Source of the DNA: an uncultured delta proteobacterium
Lineage (GTDB): Bacteria > Myxococcota > UBA727 > VGSZ01
DNA: 64,000 nt
Assembly (NCBI GenBank): GCA_963775425.1
Contig: CAVZJB010000017.1
Coordinates: 428,282-492,281 of the forward strand
Reading direction: 5' to 3'
Under the pieces are notes generated by a model. That model saw nothing but the letters and a program-made list of their open reading frames with translations. It was not told the origin of the DNA and did not search any database. Below, in pieces: positions 1 through 10,844 of the stretch (position 1 is the stretch's first letter; the number at the start of each line of letters is the position of its first letter). A program made the translations under genes and the position numbers.

Positions 1-1656
1 GGCCGCATCACCGTCATCGCGCGCGACAACGAGGTCATCACGCTCGCGTCCGGCCGGCGCGTCTACCCGCGCGGCATCGAGGAGGCGCTCCAAAAGACCA
101 AGGGCGTCCTGGAGGTCTGCGTCGTCGGCGTCCCCGACGGCCAGGGCGGCGAGCGCGTGGCGTGTCTGGTCGTCGCCGGCGAAGGCGGCGAGGCCGGCAA
201 GCCCGCGGCAGACAAGCCCGTCCACCACGACGAGGCCCCGCGCGACTTCGCCGCGCTCGAGCGCGCCGTCGCCTGGGGAGCGCGCAAGCTCGACGAGCAC
301 GAGCGCCCGACGCTCATCGTCGCCACGGCACGTCCGCTCCCGCGCACCACCGACCGCAAGGTGAAGCGCCCCGAGGTGCTCGCCGCGCTCGTCGCCGAAG
401 AGAGCCGGCGCACCACGAAGGCGGCGACGTCCCTCACGCCCACCGAGGTGCTCGGGCCCAGGGACGTGGGCGCGAGCGAGCGCGAGCCGCGGCTCGCCGC
501 TCCCGGGCGCAAGCGGGTCAAGAAGGCGGCCGACGAGCCCGTGGAGGTGCCGGCGCCGTTGCGCGACGCGCTCAAGGGCGTGCTCGGTGGCATGCAGAAG
601 GCCTTCTACCAGCGCGGCCTCGACGTCGAGGTCGAAGGCGAGCACAACATTCCGTGGGACCGGCAGACCATCGTGGTCTCCAACCACTCGAGCCACCTCG
701 ACATGGGGCTCGTGAAGACCGCGCTCGGCGGGTACGGCGAAGACATCGTCACCCTCGCCGCCAAGGACTACTTCTTCGAGGGCAAGTGGCGCCGCACGTA
801 CTTCGAGAAGCTCACCAACCTCCGCCCGCTCGATCGCGGTGACAACCCGCGCGAGGCCATGCGCGAGGCGTCGGGCCTCCTCGAGCGCGGGCACACGGTG
901 CTGGTGTTCCCCGAGGGGACGCGCACCTCCACCGGCGAGATGGCACCGTTCAAACCGGGCGTCACCTATCTCGCGCTCAAGCACGGCATCGACATCCTGC
1001 CGGTGTACGTCGACGGCACCTTCCGCTCCATGCCGCGTGGCAGCTTCGTCCCCAAGAATCGCCACGTCGCCGTGCGCATCGGCGAGACCCTGTCCGCGCG
1101 CGCGCTCTCGGCGGCCACCGCCGGGATGAAGCCGTCGGCGGCGTACCAGCGCACGGTGGTCGTCGTGCAACGCGCCGTGGAGGCGCTGCGCGACCGCCGC
1201 GCGTTCCATCTCGAGCGCGCCCTCGACGAGGCCCTCGGGCGCGCGCCCGCCGTCACGCCGCACGCAAACGGCTCGAACGGCGCGGGGCTCAACGGCCGCG
1301 CCGGGAACAACGGCGTGGGCGGCGAGAGTGAGACCGCCCGCGTGCTCCGCGAGATCTTCGCCGACCTCGAGAAGCGGTTTCAGAAGGACGCCGTCAAGGA
1401 GCCGGCCAACTTCTACTTCAAGCTCGGCGACAGCTTGGAGAGCAAGTGGACCGTGCAGGTGTCGCAGGACGGCTGCCGCATCGTCAACGAGAAGCTCGAA
1501 GGCGTCGACGCCGTCGTCATCAAGACGGATCCCAAGATGTTCACGCGCATCATGCGCGATCACTACGCCCCCGACATCAGCGAGTTCCTCGACGGGACCA
1601 TCAAGACCAACAACCCCGAGCTGCTCGCGATGTTCCTGTCGTTCTTCAACCTCTGA
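1..1656 (+). CDS. 5'-truncated multidomain lipid enzyme: AMP-binding C-terminal-like segment, PlsC-type acyltransferase, C-terminal SCP2-like domain (ElbD-like)
   Basis: Frame is open from base 1 (GRITVIARDNEVITLASGRRVYPRGIEEAL...EVCVVGVPDGQGGERV). Acyltransferase motifs NHSSHLD and FPEGTR are present. The tail (ANFYFKLG...WTVQVSQDGC...FLDGTIKTNNPELL) resembles SCP2. Confidence 0.8.
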   Translation, partial: GRITVIARDNEVITLASGRRVYPRGIEEALQKTKGVLEVCVVGVPDGQGGERVACLVVAGEGGEAGKPAADKPVHHDEAPRDFAALERAVAWGARKLDEHERPTLIVATARPLPRTTDRKVKRPEVLAALVAEESRRTTKAATSLTPTEVLGPRDVGASEREPRLAAPGRKRVKKAADEPVEVPAPLRDALKGVLGGMQKAFYQRGLDVEVEGEHNIPWDRQTIVVSNHSSHLDMGLVKTALGGYGEDIVTLAAKDYFFEGKWRRTYFEKLTNLRPLDRGDNPREAMREASGLLERGHTVLVFPEGTRTSTGEMAPFKPGVTYLALKHGIDILPVYVDGTFRSMPRGSFVPKNRHVAVRIGETLSARALSAATAGMKPSAAYQRTVVVVQRAVEALRDRRAFHLERALDEALGRAPAVTPHANGSNGAGLNGRAGNNGVGGESETARVLREIFADLEKRFQKDAVKEPANFYFKLGDSLESKWTVQVSQDGCRIVNEKLEGVDAVVIKTDPKMFTRIMRDHYAPDISEFLDGTIKTNNPELLAMFLSFFNL

Positions 1657-2672
1657 TGCGCGACGTCCTCCTCGAGACCCTGCGCTGTCCCTCCTGCCGC
1701 GGCACGCTCGCGGTGGCCGACGGCGCCACCGAGGGGCCGCACGTCGTCCGCGGCCGGCTCGTGTGCGGCGGCTGCGGAGAGGGCTGGCCGATCATCGACG
1801 GTGTCCCCGACTTCGTCTCGGCGCGGGGCGCCGAGGCGGTGGAGCAGACCACCAGCGGCTTCGCCGTGAACTGGCGCCGCTACAGCGACGTCATCCTCGC
1901 CCAGCCCGCCTTGAACGACGAGCTGTTCCGCGACTGGATTGCGCCCATGCAACCCGAGCGCTTCGAGGGCCGGATGGTGCTCGACGCCGGCTGCGGCATG
2001 GGGCGATGGCTCGCCGCCGCAGCGCCGCACGCGCCCAGGCAGCTCATCGGCTTCGACTACTCCGAGGTGGCCCACGCCGCGTTCAACAACACGCGCCACC
2101 TCAAGCACGTGCACGTGGTGCGCGCGGACATCTTCCGCTTGCCCTTCGCGCCGGTGTTCGACGCCTGCTACTCCATCGGCGTCGTGCACCACACGCCCGA
2201 CCCCGAGGGCGCGTTCGCCGCGCTCCTCGAGGCGGTGAAGCCCGACGGCGTGCTCGCGGTGTGGGTCTACGGCAAGGAGAACAACGAGTGGATCGAGACG
2301 GTCATCTCCCCGGTGCGCCGGGTGTTGACGAGCCGCCTGCCCGATCCCGTTCTCTACGGGCTCAGCAAGGTCCTCACGCTCCAGCTCGCCGCCGCTGCCC
2401 GCACCTACGCGCGCGCGTTCCCCACGCCCACGTCGTTTTCTTACGACGCCTACGCGCGTCACCTGCTCAAGTACCCGCGCGCGTATCTCGAGCACATCGT
2501 CTACGACCACCTCGTCCCGCAACTGGCCCGGTACCTGTCGCGTGAAGAGGTGGAGAGCTGGGCCGCCCGGCGGCAGCTCGCGTTCTCGCTGACGTCGAGG
2601 AACGCGAACTCGTGGCGCCTCATCGCCGCGCGCACGCCCGCCGCCCTGGAGGCCTTCACGACGGACGCGTGA
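1656..2672 (+). CDS. Class I SAM-dependent methyltransferase with N-terminal Trm112-like CxxC...CxxC domain
   Basis: ATG at 1656 overlaps the upstream TGA; LRCPSC...CGGC...WPIIDGVPDF; VLDAGCGMG; GVVHHTPDP. Confidence 0.85.
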   Translation: MRDVLLETLRCPSCRGTLAVADGATEGPHVVRGRLVCGGCGEGWPIIDGVPDFVSARGAEAVEQTTSGFAVNWRRYSDVILAQPALNDELFRDWIAPMQPERFEGRMVLDAGCGMGRWLAAAAPHAPRQLIGFDYSEVAHAAFNNTRHLKHVHVVRADIFRLPFAPVFDACYSIGVVHHTPDPEGAFAALLEAVKPDGVLAVWVYGKENNEWIETVISPVRRVLTSRLPDPVLYGLSKVLTLQLAAAARTYARAFPTPTSFSYDAYARHLLKYPRAYLEHIVYDHLVPQLARYLSREEVESWAARRQLAFSLTSRNANSWRLIAARTPAALEAFTTDA

Positions 2673-2754
2673 GCCCGGTTGACCGCTGCCGCTGCTGCGG
2701 CACGCTCGTCGTGACGGGCGGCGGCCGGGCCTCGGCGTCTCCCGAGGAGCATCG

Positions 2755-3777
2755 ATGACATCCGCGTCCCTCGTCCTCGTCACCGGCGGCACCGGCTTCA
2801 TCGGCCGCCACACCGTCGGCGCGCTGCTCGCCGCCGGACACCGCGTGCGCTGCCTGTGCCGCGGGGACGAGCCATCGCTGCGCGAGGCGGGCGCCGAGGT
2901 CGTCCGCGGCGACGTCCTCATCAAGGACTCCGTCGAGCGCGCGCTCGAAGGCGTCGACGCCGTGGTGCACGGCGCGGGCCTGGTCTCCCGCTCCTCCGAC
3001 GACAGCGCGCTGATGATGCGCCTGCACGTCGACGGTACCCGCCACGTGGTCGGCCTCGCCTGCGAGCGCGGCGTGCGCCGCGTGATCCACCTGTCCACCT
3101 CGGGCACGGTGGCGGTCGGCACCGATCCGGCGATGGTGTATCGCGAGGACGACCCGGTCCCCTTCGAGCAGCTCGCGCGTTTCCCCTACTACCTGTCCAA
3201 GTGGCTCGCCGAACGCGTCGCCGACGATTGCGCGCGCCTGGCGGGGACCCGCACCGGCGTCGTCACGCTGAACCCGTCCCTGGCCCTCGGCCCCGGTGAC
3301 ACGCGCGGCAGCTCCACCACCGACGTGAAGCGCTTCCTCCACCGGGAGCTCCCCATCGTCCCGTCCGGCGGCTTCTCCTTCGTCGACGCGCGCGACGTCG
3401 CCGGCGCCGTCGTCGCCGCCCTCGAGCAGGGGCGCCCGGGCGAGCGCTATCTCCTCGGCGCGCTCAACTGCACCTTCGCCGAATTCTTCGCGCGCCTCTC
3501 CGAGGTGAGCGGCGTGCGCGGCCCCGCGCTCGGGGTCCCGCTGCCCAAGCGCGTCGCCACGCTCGGCATCGGCCTGCTCGAGCGGCTCGCCGGCACGGTG
3601 GGCGCCAAGCTGCCCGTGAGCACCGTCGAGGCCGAGATGGCTTCGTGCTTCTGGTACGTCGACGGGCGCAAGGCCGAGCGCGCGCTGGGCTTCGCCGCGC
3701 GCGATCCCATGATCACCTTGCTCGACACCGTGCGCGACGTCCGCGGCGAGACGCGCGTCGAGAAGCGCGTCGGTTGA
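2755..3777 (+). CDS. NAD-dependent epimerase/dehydratase (extended SDR)
   Basis: VTGGTGFIG Rossmann motif, YYLSK catalytic YxxxK, GAGGAG RBS upstream. Confidence 0.9.
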   Translation: MTSASLVLVTGGTGFIGRHTVGALLAAGHRVRCLCRGDEPSLREAGAEVVRGDVLIKDSVERALEGVDAVVHGAGLVSRSSDDSALMMRLHVDGTRHVVGLACERGVRRVIHLSTSGTVAVGTDPAMVYREDDPVPFEQLARFPYYLSKWLAERVADDCARLAGTRTGVVTLNPSLALGPGDTRGSSTTDVKRFLHRELPIVPSGGFSFVDARDVAGAVVAALEQGRPGERYLLGALNCTFAEFFARLSEVSGVRGPALGVPLPKRVATLGIGLLERLAGTVGAKLPVSTVEAEMASCFWYVDGRKAERALGFAARDPMITLLDTVRDVRGETRVEKRVG

Positions 3778-3787
3778 GGCGGCGACA

Positions 3788-5647
3788 TCACCACGAGGCA
3801 ATCAGGCGCGGGGGCGGCTGTCGCTCGACGTCGCAGATGAACGCGTTGGCGGCGTCGCGCGTGAAGCGCGCCCGCACGGGGCTGTTTGGCACGACGCCGG
3901 CGCAGCGGTGATGGGGCACGTCGAGCCAGACCTCGCCGCAGCCCATGCGCGGCAGCACCGCCGTGGCGACGCCTTCTTGGTCCGGGAGCAGGTGAACGCG
4001 GAGAAGCGGGCTCCGCCGCGGCCACCAGCCCGCGACGGCGTCGGCCGGGCCGTCGAGCCCGCTGAGCTCGATGACGCCGTCGCAGCCTTGGAACGTCCCG
4101 ATGAACAGACCGCCGTCGGCGAACGTGGGGACGAAGCCGGCCTCGTCGAGCAGCGCGCGATCCTGGGGCTCGCCGTAGAAGATCACGCCCTCGTCGGTGG
4201 ACGCGTGCGAGAGCAGCACGCGCAGTAAGCGGCGGCGATCCTCCGGCGTGCGCGCCCGGGCGACCTCGAGCCAGCTCTCCTTCTCGGGCACGTCGCCCTG
4301 CCAGGGCGCTTTGCGCAGCGCGAGGTGCATCGACGCGATGCGGTCCTGCGCGTACGCCGTGGCTCCGCCCAACTCCATCGCGTAGAGCGCGTCGACGTGG
4401 ATGAGCGGCGTGAAGGAGTCGATGCCGAAGCTCTCGCGGCGCGCGCCCCAGAAGCTCACGATCACCGGGAGGTAGTCGAGCGGGTGGGGCTTCACCTTGC
4501 CGAGCCCCGCGAGCGCCGGCCTGGCCGCGTCGCGGATCTCCGCGTGCAGGCGCGCCGCGGATGCGAACGATCCCACGGCGTAGCCGGCGATCACCACGAC
4601 GGCGACCGCCTTGCCGCGGACACCCGCGCGCTCGACGGCGACGAGGGCGAACAACAGCGCGGTCCCGAGCGGGAGGCAGCGCACGTCGAAGAGCTGCCAG
4701 CTCAAGAAGTCGCGCGGGAGGCTCATCGACACCAACACGAGCGCGGCGCCGACGACCACCAGGCCGCGCTCCTCCCGGCGGCCCGTGCCGCGGCGCCCGC
4801 CCCGCACCGCGATGAGGGCGCCGCCGCACGCGAGCGCCAGGCAGGCGAACGGACGCAGCAGGCCGCGCGGCTGGAAGGCGCTCTCGACGAAGAGCGTGCG
4901 CTCGACGAGCCCGGGAAACAGCGGCTCGCCTCCACCACCTCGCACGTCCACCGCCGTGCGGCTCGCGAGCACCATGATGACGAGCGCAGGCAGCGAGGCG
5001 ACAAAGAGCGCGAGCCATGCACGCAGCAAGGGACCGCGCCCCTCGCCGCGCGCGAGCACCACCGCGCCCGCGGCGAGGCCCGCGAGGCCGGCGGCGAAGA
5101 CGTGGCAGTACGCGGCCAGCAAGAGGAGCACCCCGGTGGCGACGTGGTCGACGACCCCCGGCCTCTCCTTGCGAACGAACGCGGCGAGCGCGAGCAGGCC
5201 GAACGCGGTGCCGAGCATGAACGGGTAGAAGCCGAAGTACAGAGACGTCTGCAGCGCCAAGGGGAAGCCGAGGAGGCCGACGACCGCCCGGCGAGGCGCG
5301 AGCGCGACGACAAACACGAAGAAGGACACCGCCCAGAGCTCGGCGACGATGACGATGGAGGTCTGCATCGCGAGGCGCCAGCCGAGCGCAGGCAGCAACC
5401 AGCGAAACACGTTGTCGAAGCCGCGCGACGTCCACGGCGAATTGGCCACGAAGCGCTCGGCGAAGCCGAGCGAGGCGTCGTGGAGCCGCGCGTGGATGAA
5501 GGCGCCCTGCACGTGGCTTGGCCCGTCGTTGGACAGGAACGGGACCTCGATGCAGATGACACCCGCGAGGGCGACGGCGGAGGCGACGAAGGCGACGATC
5601 AGGGCGGCTGCGAGCGCGCGCCCTCGAGGAGAACCGCCGCCGGTCAC
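3788..5647 (-). CDS. Polytopic membrane protein, possible GT-C-fold transferase
   Basis: GTG at 5647 overlaps the hutH stop; many hydrophobic helices, an NDGPSH loop after the first helix and a soluble C-terminal domain. Function is inference only. Confidence 0.6.
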   Translation of the reverse strand: MTGGGSPRGRALAAALIVAFVASAVALAGVICIEVPFLSNDGPSHVQGAFIHARLHDASLGFAERFVANSPWTSRGFDNVFRWLLPALGWRLAMQTSIVIVAELWAVSFFVFVVALAPRRAVVGLLGFPLALQTSLYFGFYPFMLGTAFGLLALAAFVRKERPGVVDHVATGVLLLLAAYCHVFAAGLAGLAAGAVVLARGEGRGPLLRAWLALFVASLPALVIMVLASRTAVDVRGGGGEPLFPGLVERTLFVESAFQPRGLLRPFACLALACGGALIAVRGGRRGTGRREERGLVVVGAALVLVSMSLPRDFLSWQLFDVRCLPLGTALLFALVAVERAGVRGKAVAVVVIAGYAVGSFASAARLHAEIRDAARPALAGLGKVKPHPLDYLPVIVSFWGARRESFGIDSFTPLIHVDALYAMELGGATAYAQDRIASMHLALRKAPWQGDVPEKESWLEVARARTPEDRRRLLRVLLSHASTDEGVIFYGEPQDRALLDEAGFVPTFADGGLFIGTFQGCDGVIELSGLDGPADAVAGWWPRRSPLLRVHLLPDQEGVATAVLPRMGCGEVWLDVPHHRCAGVVPNSPVRARFTRDAANAFICDVERQPPPRLIASW

Positions 5648-7209
5648 ACCACGACCGGACCCACCGCAGCGAGGACGTCGTCGCCGCAAACGAGGCGCTC
5701 GACCGCTTCGAGGTCGACGCCGAAGGCGCGGTCCACCGGAGCGAACGCGATGTCGTTGCGCAACCGCGCGTGCACGACGGTGAGGGCACGCCCGGGCGAG
5801 AGCGGCGCGCGCAGGTCGATGCCCTGGCACGCGCAGAACAACTCCAGCCCGAGGACACGCCGGACGTTTTCCACCACCTGCGCCGCCTTGTTGGCGGACG
5901 TCATGCCCATGCTGACGTGATCCTCGCGGTTCGCCGACGACGGGATGCTGTCGACGACGGCGGGGTGACAGAGGATCTTGTTCTCGTTGATCAGCGCGGC
6001 CGCCGTCACCTGGACGATCATGAAGCCGCTGTTGAGACCCGGCTCCGGCGCGAGGAACGCCGGCAGGCCCGAAGACAGCGCCGGGTTCACGAGCTGCTCG
6101 ATGCGGCGCTCGGAGATGGACGCGAGCTCGGCGACGGCGATGGCGAGCAGATCGAGCGCCATCGCGATGGGCTGCCCGTGGAAGTTGCCGCCCGACACCA
6201 CCTCGGGGGCCGTGAACCGATCGGGGCCGACCTCGTCGTCGGCGGCGTCTTCGTCGAGAAACACGAGCGGGTTGTCGGTGGCGGACGTCACCTCCCGTTC
6301 GATCACGGAGCGCACCCAGGCGAGCGCGTCGCGCGTGGCGCCGTGCACCTGCGGCATGCAGCGCAGGGAGTACGGGTCCTGCACTTTGCCGCAGTCCTTG
6401 TGCGACTCCATGATCTCGCTGCCCGCGAGGAGGCGCAGGAGGTTCGCGGCCACGGTGCGCTGACCGGGGTGCGGGCGCTTGTCGTGGATGCGCGGATCGA
6501 ACGCCTTCCACGTGCCCTTGAGGGCGTCGAGCGAGCAAGCGCCGACGACGTCGGCGAGCCGGCAGAGGCGCTCGGACTCGAGGAGCGAGAGCAGGCCGAC
6601 GGCGGTCATCGCCTGGGTGCCGTTGATGAGCGCCAGGCCCTCCTTGGCCTCGAGCGCGAGCGGCTCGACGCCCGCGGCGGCGAACGCTGCGGCGGCCGGT
6701 ACGCGCTCGCCCCGGAGGAGGGCGTCCCCCTCGCCGAGGAGGAGGCGCGCCGTGTGCGCCAGCGGCGCGAGATCGCCGGAGGCGCCGACGCTGCCCTTGC
6801 GCGGCACGACGGGCGCGGCGCCCGCGTTGAGGAGTGCGACGACGGTGTCGAGCACGATGGCGCGGCAGCCGGAGCACCCCGCGGCGAGCGTTGACGCACG
6901 CAGGAACATGAGCGCGCGCGCCTCGGCGAAACTGAGGGGAAGGCCGACGCCGACGGCGTGGCTCTCGATGAGGTTCTTCTGGAGCAGGCCGACCTTGTCC
7001 GGCGGGATCTTCACCTCTGCGAGCGCGCCGAAGCCGGTGTTGATGCCGTAGTGCGGCTCGTTGCCGCGGGCCATCTCGTCGACGAGCTCCCGCGCGCGCG
7101 CCATGCGATCACGGACCGCCGCAGCCACGACGACGCGCGCCTCGCCGCGCGCGACGGCGGCCACGTCCTCGAGCGCGAGCGTCTTTCCGTCGAGAACGAC
7201 CTCGCGCAC
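5644..7209 (-). CDS. hutH: Histidine ammonia-lyase
   Basis: [20 protein letters not shown] (MIO-forming ASG), [15 protein letters not shown]; the SH pair in LIESHA is typical of HAL. Confidence 0.95.
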   Translation of the reverse strand: MREVVLDGKTLALEDVAAVARGEARVVVAAAVRDRMARARELVDEMARGNEPHYGINTGFGALAEVKIPPDKVGLLQKNLIESHAVGVGLPLSFAEARALMFLRASTLAAGCSGCRAIVLDTVVALLNAGAAPVVPRKGSVGASGDLAPLAHTARLLLGEGDALLRGERVPAAAAFAAAGVEPLALEAKEGLALINGTQAMTAVGLLSLLESERLCRLADVVGACSLDALKGTWKAFDPRIHDKRPHPGQRTVAANLLRLLAGSEIMESHKDCGKVQDPYSLRCMPQVHGATRDALAWVRSVIEREVTSATDNPLVFLDEDAADDEVGPDRFTAPEVVSGGNFHGQPIAMALDLLAIAVAELASISERRIEQLVNPALSSGLPAFLAPEPGLNSGFMIVQVTAAALINENKILCHPAVVDSIPSSANREDHVSMGMTSANKAAQVVENVRRVLGLELFCACQGIDLRAPLSPGRALTVVHARLRNDIAFAPVDRAFGVDLEAVERLVCGDDVLAAVGPVVV

Positions 7210-7210
7210 C

Positions 7211-7750
7211 TCAGCCTCCCGCCTGCTGCCGGCATACCGCGCACATCTGGTCCACCGACGCGGTGGAGGCGACCTCGCAGAGCCCCTGATCCTGATCGCA
7301 CACGAAGGTGAGCGTGCAGTCGAAGTGCTGGTCGGCGACGGGGTTGCCGTCGGCGCCGAGGACGGGGCACGACAGGTGCTTGGTGCACTCCGCGTCGGCG
7401 GCGCAGCGCTCGAAGCCGCACTCTCCGCGCGCCGCGAACCTGCCGCAGATGTCGTCGCAGGACAGCCCGCTGAAGTCGTCCTCGCACGTCTGCGTGGCGC
7501 CTTCGCAGCGGAAGGCGAGCGTGCAGTCGTTGCGCACCTGGGTCTGCGCGTCGATGCACTGGCAGGTGCGCTTGCAGTTGGCGGAGCTCTCGCACGGCCG
7601 CGGGCAGCCGGCGGCGGCCAGCAGCGCCGCGAACGACGTGGTCAAAAGCAGCACGCGGCCCGCGCCGATCGAGCGCAGCCGCGCCCTCCGGTCGCCGATC
7701 GCGCGGGCCCGGGGCCGCGCCCCCGAGGCGCTGTCACGCACGCGTGCCAT
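7211..7750 (-). CDS. Cysteine-rich putative lipoprotein
   Basis: Hydrophobic stretch and lipobox-like AAGC followed by a very Cys-rich mature part. Start codon uncertain. Confidence 0.65.
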   Translation of the reverse strand: MARVRDSASGARPRARAIGDRRARLRSIGAGRVLLLTTSFAALLAAAGCPRPCESSANCKRTCQCIDAQTQVRNDCTLAFRCEGATQTCEDDFSGLSCDDICGRFAARGECGFERCAADAECTKHLSCPVLGADGNPVADQHFDCTLTFVCDQDQGLCEVASTASVDQMCAVCRQQAGG

Positions 7751-7811
7751 GCCTCGTCGGTGCCACACGCGGCCGCTCGACACAAGGGCGAGGCATCGGG
7801 GACACTCGCCC

Positions 7812-8213
7812 ATGGTCGACGTCACCGGGGCCCAGCGACGACGCAGCGCAGCGCTCGTGTGCGCCATGGTGCTCCTGGCCGCCGGCGGCGCGCTGTCCCG
7901 CCTGCCCCATGGCGGCCGCGCTCCCGCGCCGTGCCCCCGACCTGCGCTCCGCGGGGACGTGCTCGTCTGCGACGGCGCCGGCGCGCCCGCGGGCGCCCGC
8001 GCCTGGCTGGCGGGGCACAAGCTCGACGTCAACACGGCCAACGAGCGCGCCTTCGAGGCGCTCCCCGGCGTCGGCCCCTCCCTCGCGCACGCCATCGTCG
8101 CGGCCCGCGCCGCGCGCGGCGGCTTCACCTCGCTCGACGAGCTCGACGACGTACCCGGCATCGGCCCAAAGACGCTCGACAAGCTGCGCGCGTTCCTCGA
8201 GGTCTCCCGATAG
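7812..8213 (+). CDS. ComEA-like helix-hairpin-helix DNA-binding protein
   Basis: N-terminal hydrophobic segment; LDVNTA...LPGVGPSLAHAIV...FTSLDELDDVPGIGPKTLDKL. Confidence 0.85.
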   Translation: MVDVTGAQRRRSAALVCAMVLLAAGGALSRLPHGGRAPAPCPRPALRGDVLVCDGAGAPAGARAWLAGHKLDVNTANERAFEALPGVGPSLAHAIVAARAARGGFTSLDELDDVPGIGPKTLDKLRAFLEVSR

Positions 8214-8243
8214 CGCGCGTGACAGGAGCGGGCGCCCTGGGCG

Positions 8244-9347
8244 CTACGCCGCGAGCGAGAGGCTCTTCAAGATCGGCCGCGTCTCGTCGAACAAGCGGCG
8301 CAGCCCCTGCAGCGAGGGCGCCCGCTCCTTTCGGCCGATCTCCTGCACCGCGGCGACGACGGCGGCGTTGATGGGCACCTTGACGTCGACCGCGGGCGCG
8401 CGTTCGACGACCTCACCGTTGAGGAATTCCACCGGAGGCTCCCGGCCCCGCTCGATGGCCAGGAGCATCGACGAGCGCAGCCTGCGGTACTTGGCGCCCA
8501 CCGCGAGGAGCACGGTGTGCTTGGCCAGCAGGCCGGGCGAGCCCTGGACCAGGCGCTCGTCGTCGTCGAGGGAGATCCACTCGAGGTCGAGCGTGCCCGA
8601 GATCTTCTCGAGCTTCACGCCGAGCGCCAGCGCCACCTGCGTCACCTCCGTCATCACCTCGAGGCACAAGCGACGCACGAAGCGGTGGCGCATGAGCACG
8701 CCGAGGCGGTCGCCACCGATGGTGCCGAGCGACGAGATGGCGCAGTTGATGGCGAGCTTGCTCCAGCGGGCCCCGCGCAGGTTGGTGGTGACGTCGATGT
8801 CGCGATCCACCGGCGTGAGGAACTGCGCCACCCGCTCGAGCGTCTCGTCGACGCTGCCGTCGAGGCGGCCGACGGTGAGGCCGCCGTCGCTGGTCTGTTC
8901 GACGACGCCGGGCCCGAGCATGGACGCGCCGAAGCCCACGATGCCGCCGACGACGCGCTCGGCGCCAAACCGCGCGGCGAGCCGCTCCTCGGGCAAGCCG
9001 TTCGCCAGCGGAACGAGCACGCCGGCGTCCCCGAGGAACGGCAGCACGCCGTCGGCGGCCTCCTCGAGGCGGTTGGGCGGCACGGCCAGGAGCGCGAGAT
9101 CATACGGCCCCGGCGGCAGCACCGCCGCCCGCGTGACGACGTCGCAGCGCACCTGCCGGGCGCCCGTGACCAGGCGCGCCTGGAGGCCGCGCTCGCCCAC
9201 GGCGCGCGTGATGTCGGCGTTGGAGGTGACGGCGACGACGTGGCGGCCGGCGCCCGCGAGGTGCGCGACGACGCAGCCGCCGACGCCGCCGACGCCGACG
9301 ACGACGGCGCGGGCTCCCTCGGACCAGGCTTCGTGTTTCTCGATCAC
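8244..9347 (-). CDS. Ketopantoate reductase (PanE/ApbA) family oxidoreductase
   Basis: GVGGVG, ANGL, WSKLAINCAIS, SSM, EFLNGEVV motifs. Confidence 0.8.
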   Translation of the reverse strand: MIEKHEAWSEGARAVVVGVGGVGGCVVAHLAGAGRHVVAVTSNADITRAVGERGLQARLVTGARQVRCDVVTRAAVLPPGPYDLALLAVPPNRLEEAADGVLPFLGDAGVLVPLANGLPEERLAARFGAERVVGGIVGFGASMLGPGVVEQTSDGGLTVGRLDGSVDETLERVAQFLTPVDRDIDVTTNLRGARWSKLAINCAISSLGTIGGDRLGVLMRHRFVRRLCLEVMTEVTQVALALGVKLEKISGTLDLEWISLDDDERLVQGSPGLLAKHTVLLAVGAKYRRLRSSMLLAIERGREPPVEFLNGEVVERAPAVDVKVPINAAVVAAVQEIGRKERAPSLQGLRRLFDETRPILKSLSLAA

Positions 9348-9415
9348 GGCTCCACTCTACCTCGGCCCCGCTTCGCACGGCGCCGGCGGGCCTCGGCGCA
9401 CCGAGCGGCTGCGGC

Positions 9416-10768
9416 TCAGGGCGCGCGGGCTGCGCGCTCGCCGGCGACGAAGCCCATGAGCGCGGCCACCGCGGCGCCGGTGCCGTCGCGCGCGGGGTCC
9501 CAGCCTTCGACGAGCGTGCCGGCGCAGGCGACGTTTTCGAACGCGACGCGGCCGGCGGCGTCGAGCGGGCGGAGCGCGTCGTCGACGGCGACGCCGGCGC
9601 GGAAGATGGCGTGGTCGGCCTCGGGCACGGGGCCGGTGAGGCCGCCGATGAAGCTGTCGCCCACGACGGCGCCGTCGCTGACGACGGGCAGGCCGAGCAA
9701 CGCCTCGCGCGCGTCACCGTCGCGCACGACGCCACCGGACAGGAAGCGACCGCCGGCGAGGACGACGCTCCGGGGCTTGAGCTCCGCGCGCAGTTGTGTG
9801 CCCTCGACGACGACGCTGGTGACGCGATCGCCCGTCGTGGAGGCCGACACGGCGGGCGCGTCGAGGACCGCGACCCCCAGCTTGCGCGCGGCGGCGGTGA
9901 GCGCGCGCTGCAAACGCTCGCCCGGCGGCGACGGCGGCAGCGCCAGCAACTCCCGCACGGTGCGGCCGACGGCGCGCTCGACGTCGGCGTGCACCGTGGC
10001 CGCCTGCTCCATGCCGAGGACGGGCGGCACGAGCAGGTGCGCGGGCGTGCGCGTGAGCTTTCGCAGCGAGTCGCGCAAGCCGTCGATGAACCCCTGGCGT
10101 GCGTTTGCGTCCTCGAGGTGGCGCGCCATCTCCGACGTCGAGTCGAAGAGCGCGCGGCCGGGGAGCAGCCGCTCGACGACGATGGGGGTGAATTGCACGC
10201 GGCGCTCCGAGTGCCCGGCGATCCAGCTCAGCATGTGGACGACGGAGCGCGCGGAGAAGCCCGCGAGGTCGGCGGGCTCGACGACGCCGACGAGGACGTC
10301 GCCGTCCAGGGCGCCGAGGTCGAGCAACTGCGTCTTTTGGACGAGCGCCGCCCGCTTCACCGTGCCGAGCTGTGTGGCGACGACGTGGTTTTGGCCGTCG
10401 TCGCGCTCGACGAGCTCGACGCCGCCGTTGCTCGCGAGCTGCTTGAGGAGCGCGAGCGCTTCGCGCAGGCGCTCGCGCCCCTTGTCGCCGAGGCGCGCGT
10501 AGGGGTGGCGGGGGCGGCGCGCGGCGACGACGTCGACCGCCTTGCGCCAGCGCCCCCCGCGCTCGAACGGATCGAGCGCGGTGCCGGGGACCAGGCCGTT
10601 CAAGTCGTCGGCGACGTCGACGGCGCCCGACGACGACGCGAGCGCGCCGCCGGGCTTGCGCACCAGGGTGACGCTCTTGCCGAGCTCCCGCGCGCGCGCC
10701 GCGGCGACGAAGCCGGCGACGCCGCCGCCGACGACGACGACGTCGGGTACGAGATCGATCTCGCTCAC
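9416..10768 (-). CDS. glpB: Anaerobic glycerol-3-phosphate dehydrogenase subunit B-like flavoprotein
   Basis: DVVVVGGGVAG, SSGAVD, PPSPPGERL, VLAGGRFLSGG, GTGAAVA; lies directly downstream of glpA. Confidence 0.8.
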   Translation of the reverse strand: MSEIDLVPDVVVVGGGVAGFVAAARARELGKSVTLVRKPGGALASSSGAVDVADDLNGLVPGTALDPFERGGRWRKAVDVVAARRPRHPYARLGDKGRERLREALALLKQLASNGGVELVERDDGQNHVVATQLGTVKRAALVQKTQLLDLGALDGDVLVGVVEPADLAGFSARSVVHMLSWIAGHSERRVQFTPIVVERLLPGRALFDSTSEMARHLEDANARQGFIDGLRDSLRKLTRTPAHLLVPPVLGMEQAATVHADVERAVGRTVRELLALPPSPPGERLQRALTAAARKLGVAVLDAPAVSASTTGDRVTSVVVEGTQLRAELKPRSVVLAGGRFLSGGVVRDGDAREALLGLPVVSDGAVVGDSFIGGLTGPVPEADHAIFRAGVAVDDALRPLDAAGRVAFENVACAGTLVEGWDPARDGTGAAVAALMGFVAGERAARAP

Positions 10769-10844
10769 GACGCCCCCTCGGCGCGCGCGACGATGACTCG
10801 CGCGCGCGCGACAGGGGCGCGCCGCACGGCGACGGCGGGGGGGT

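Noticed and set aside
5644-7209. PAL/TAL or aminomutase feeding the PKS
   Set aside because: Specificity residues match histidine ammonia-lyase and the gene is about 18 kb from the cluster.
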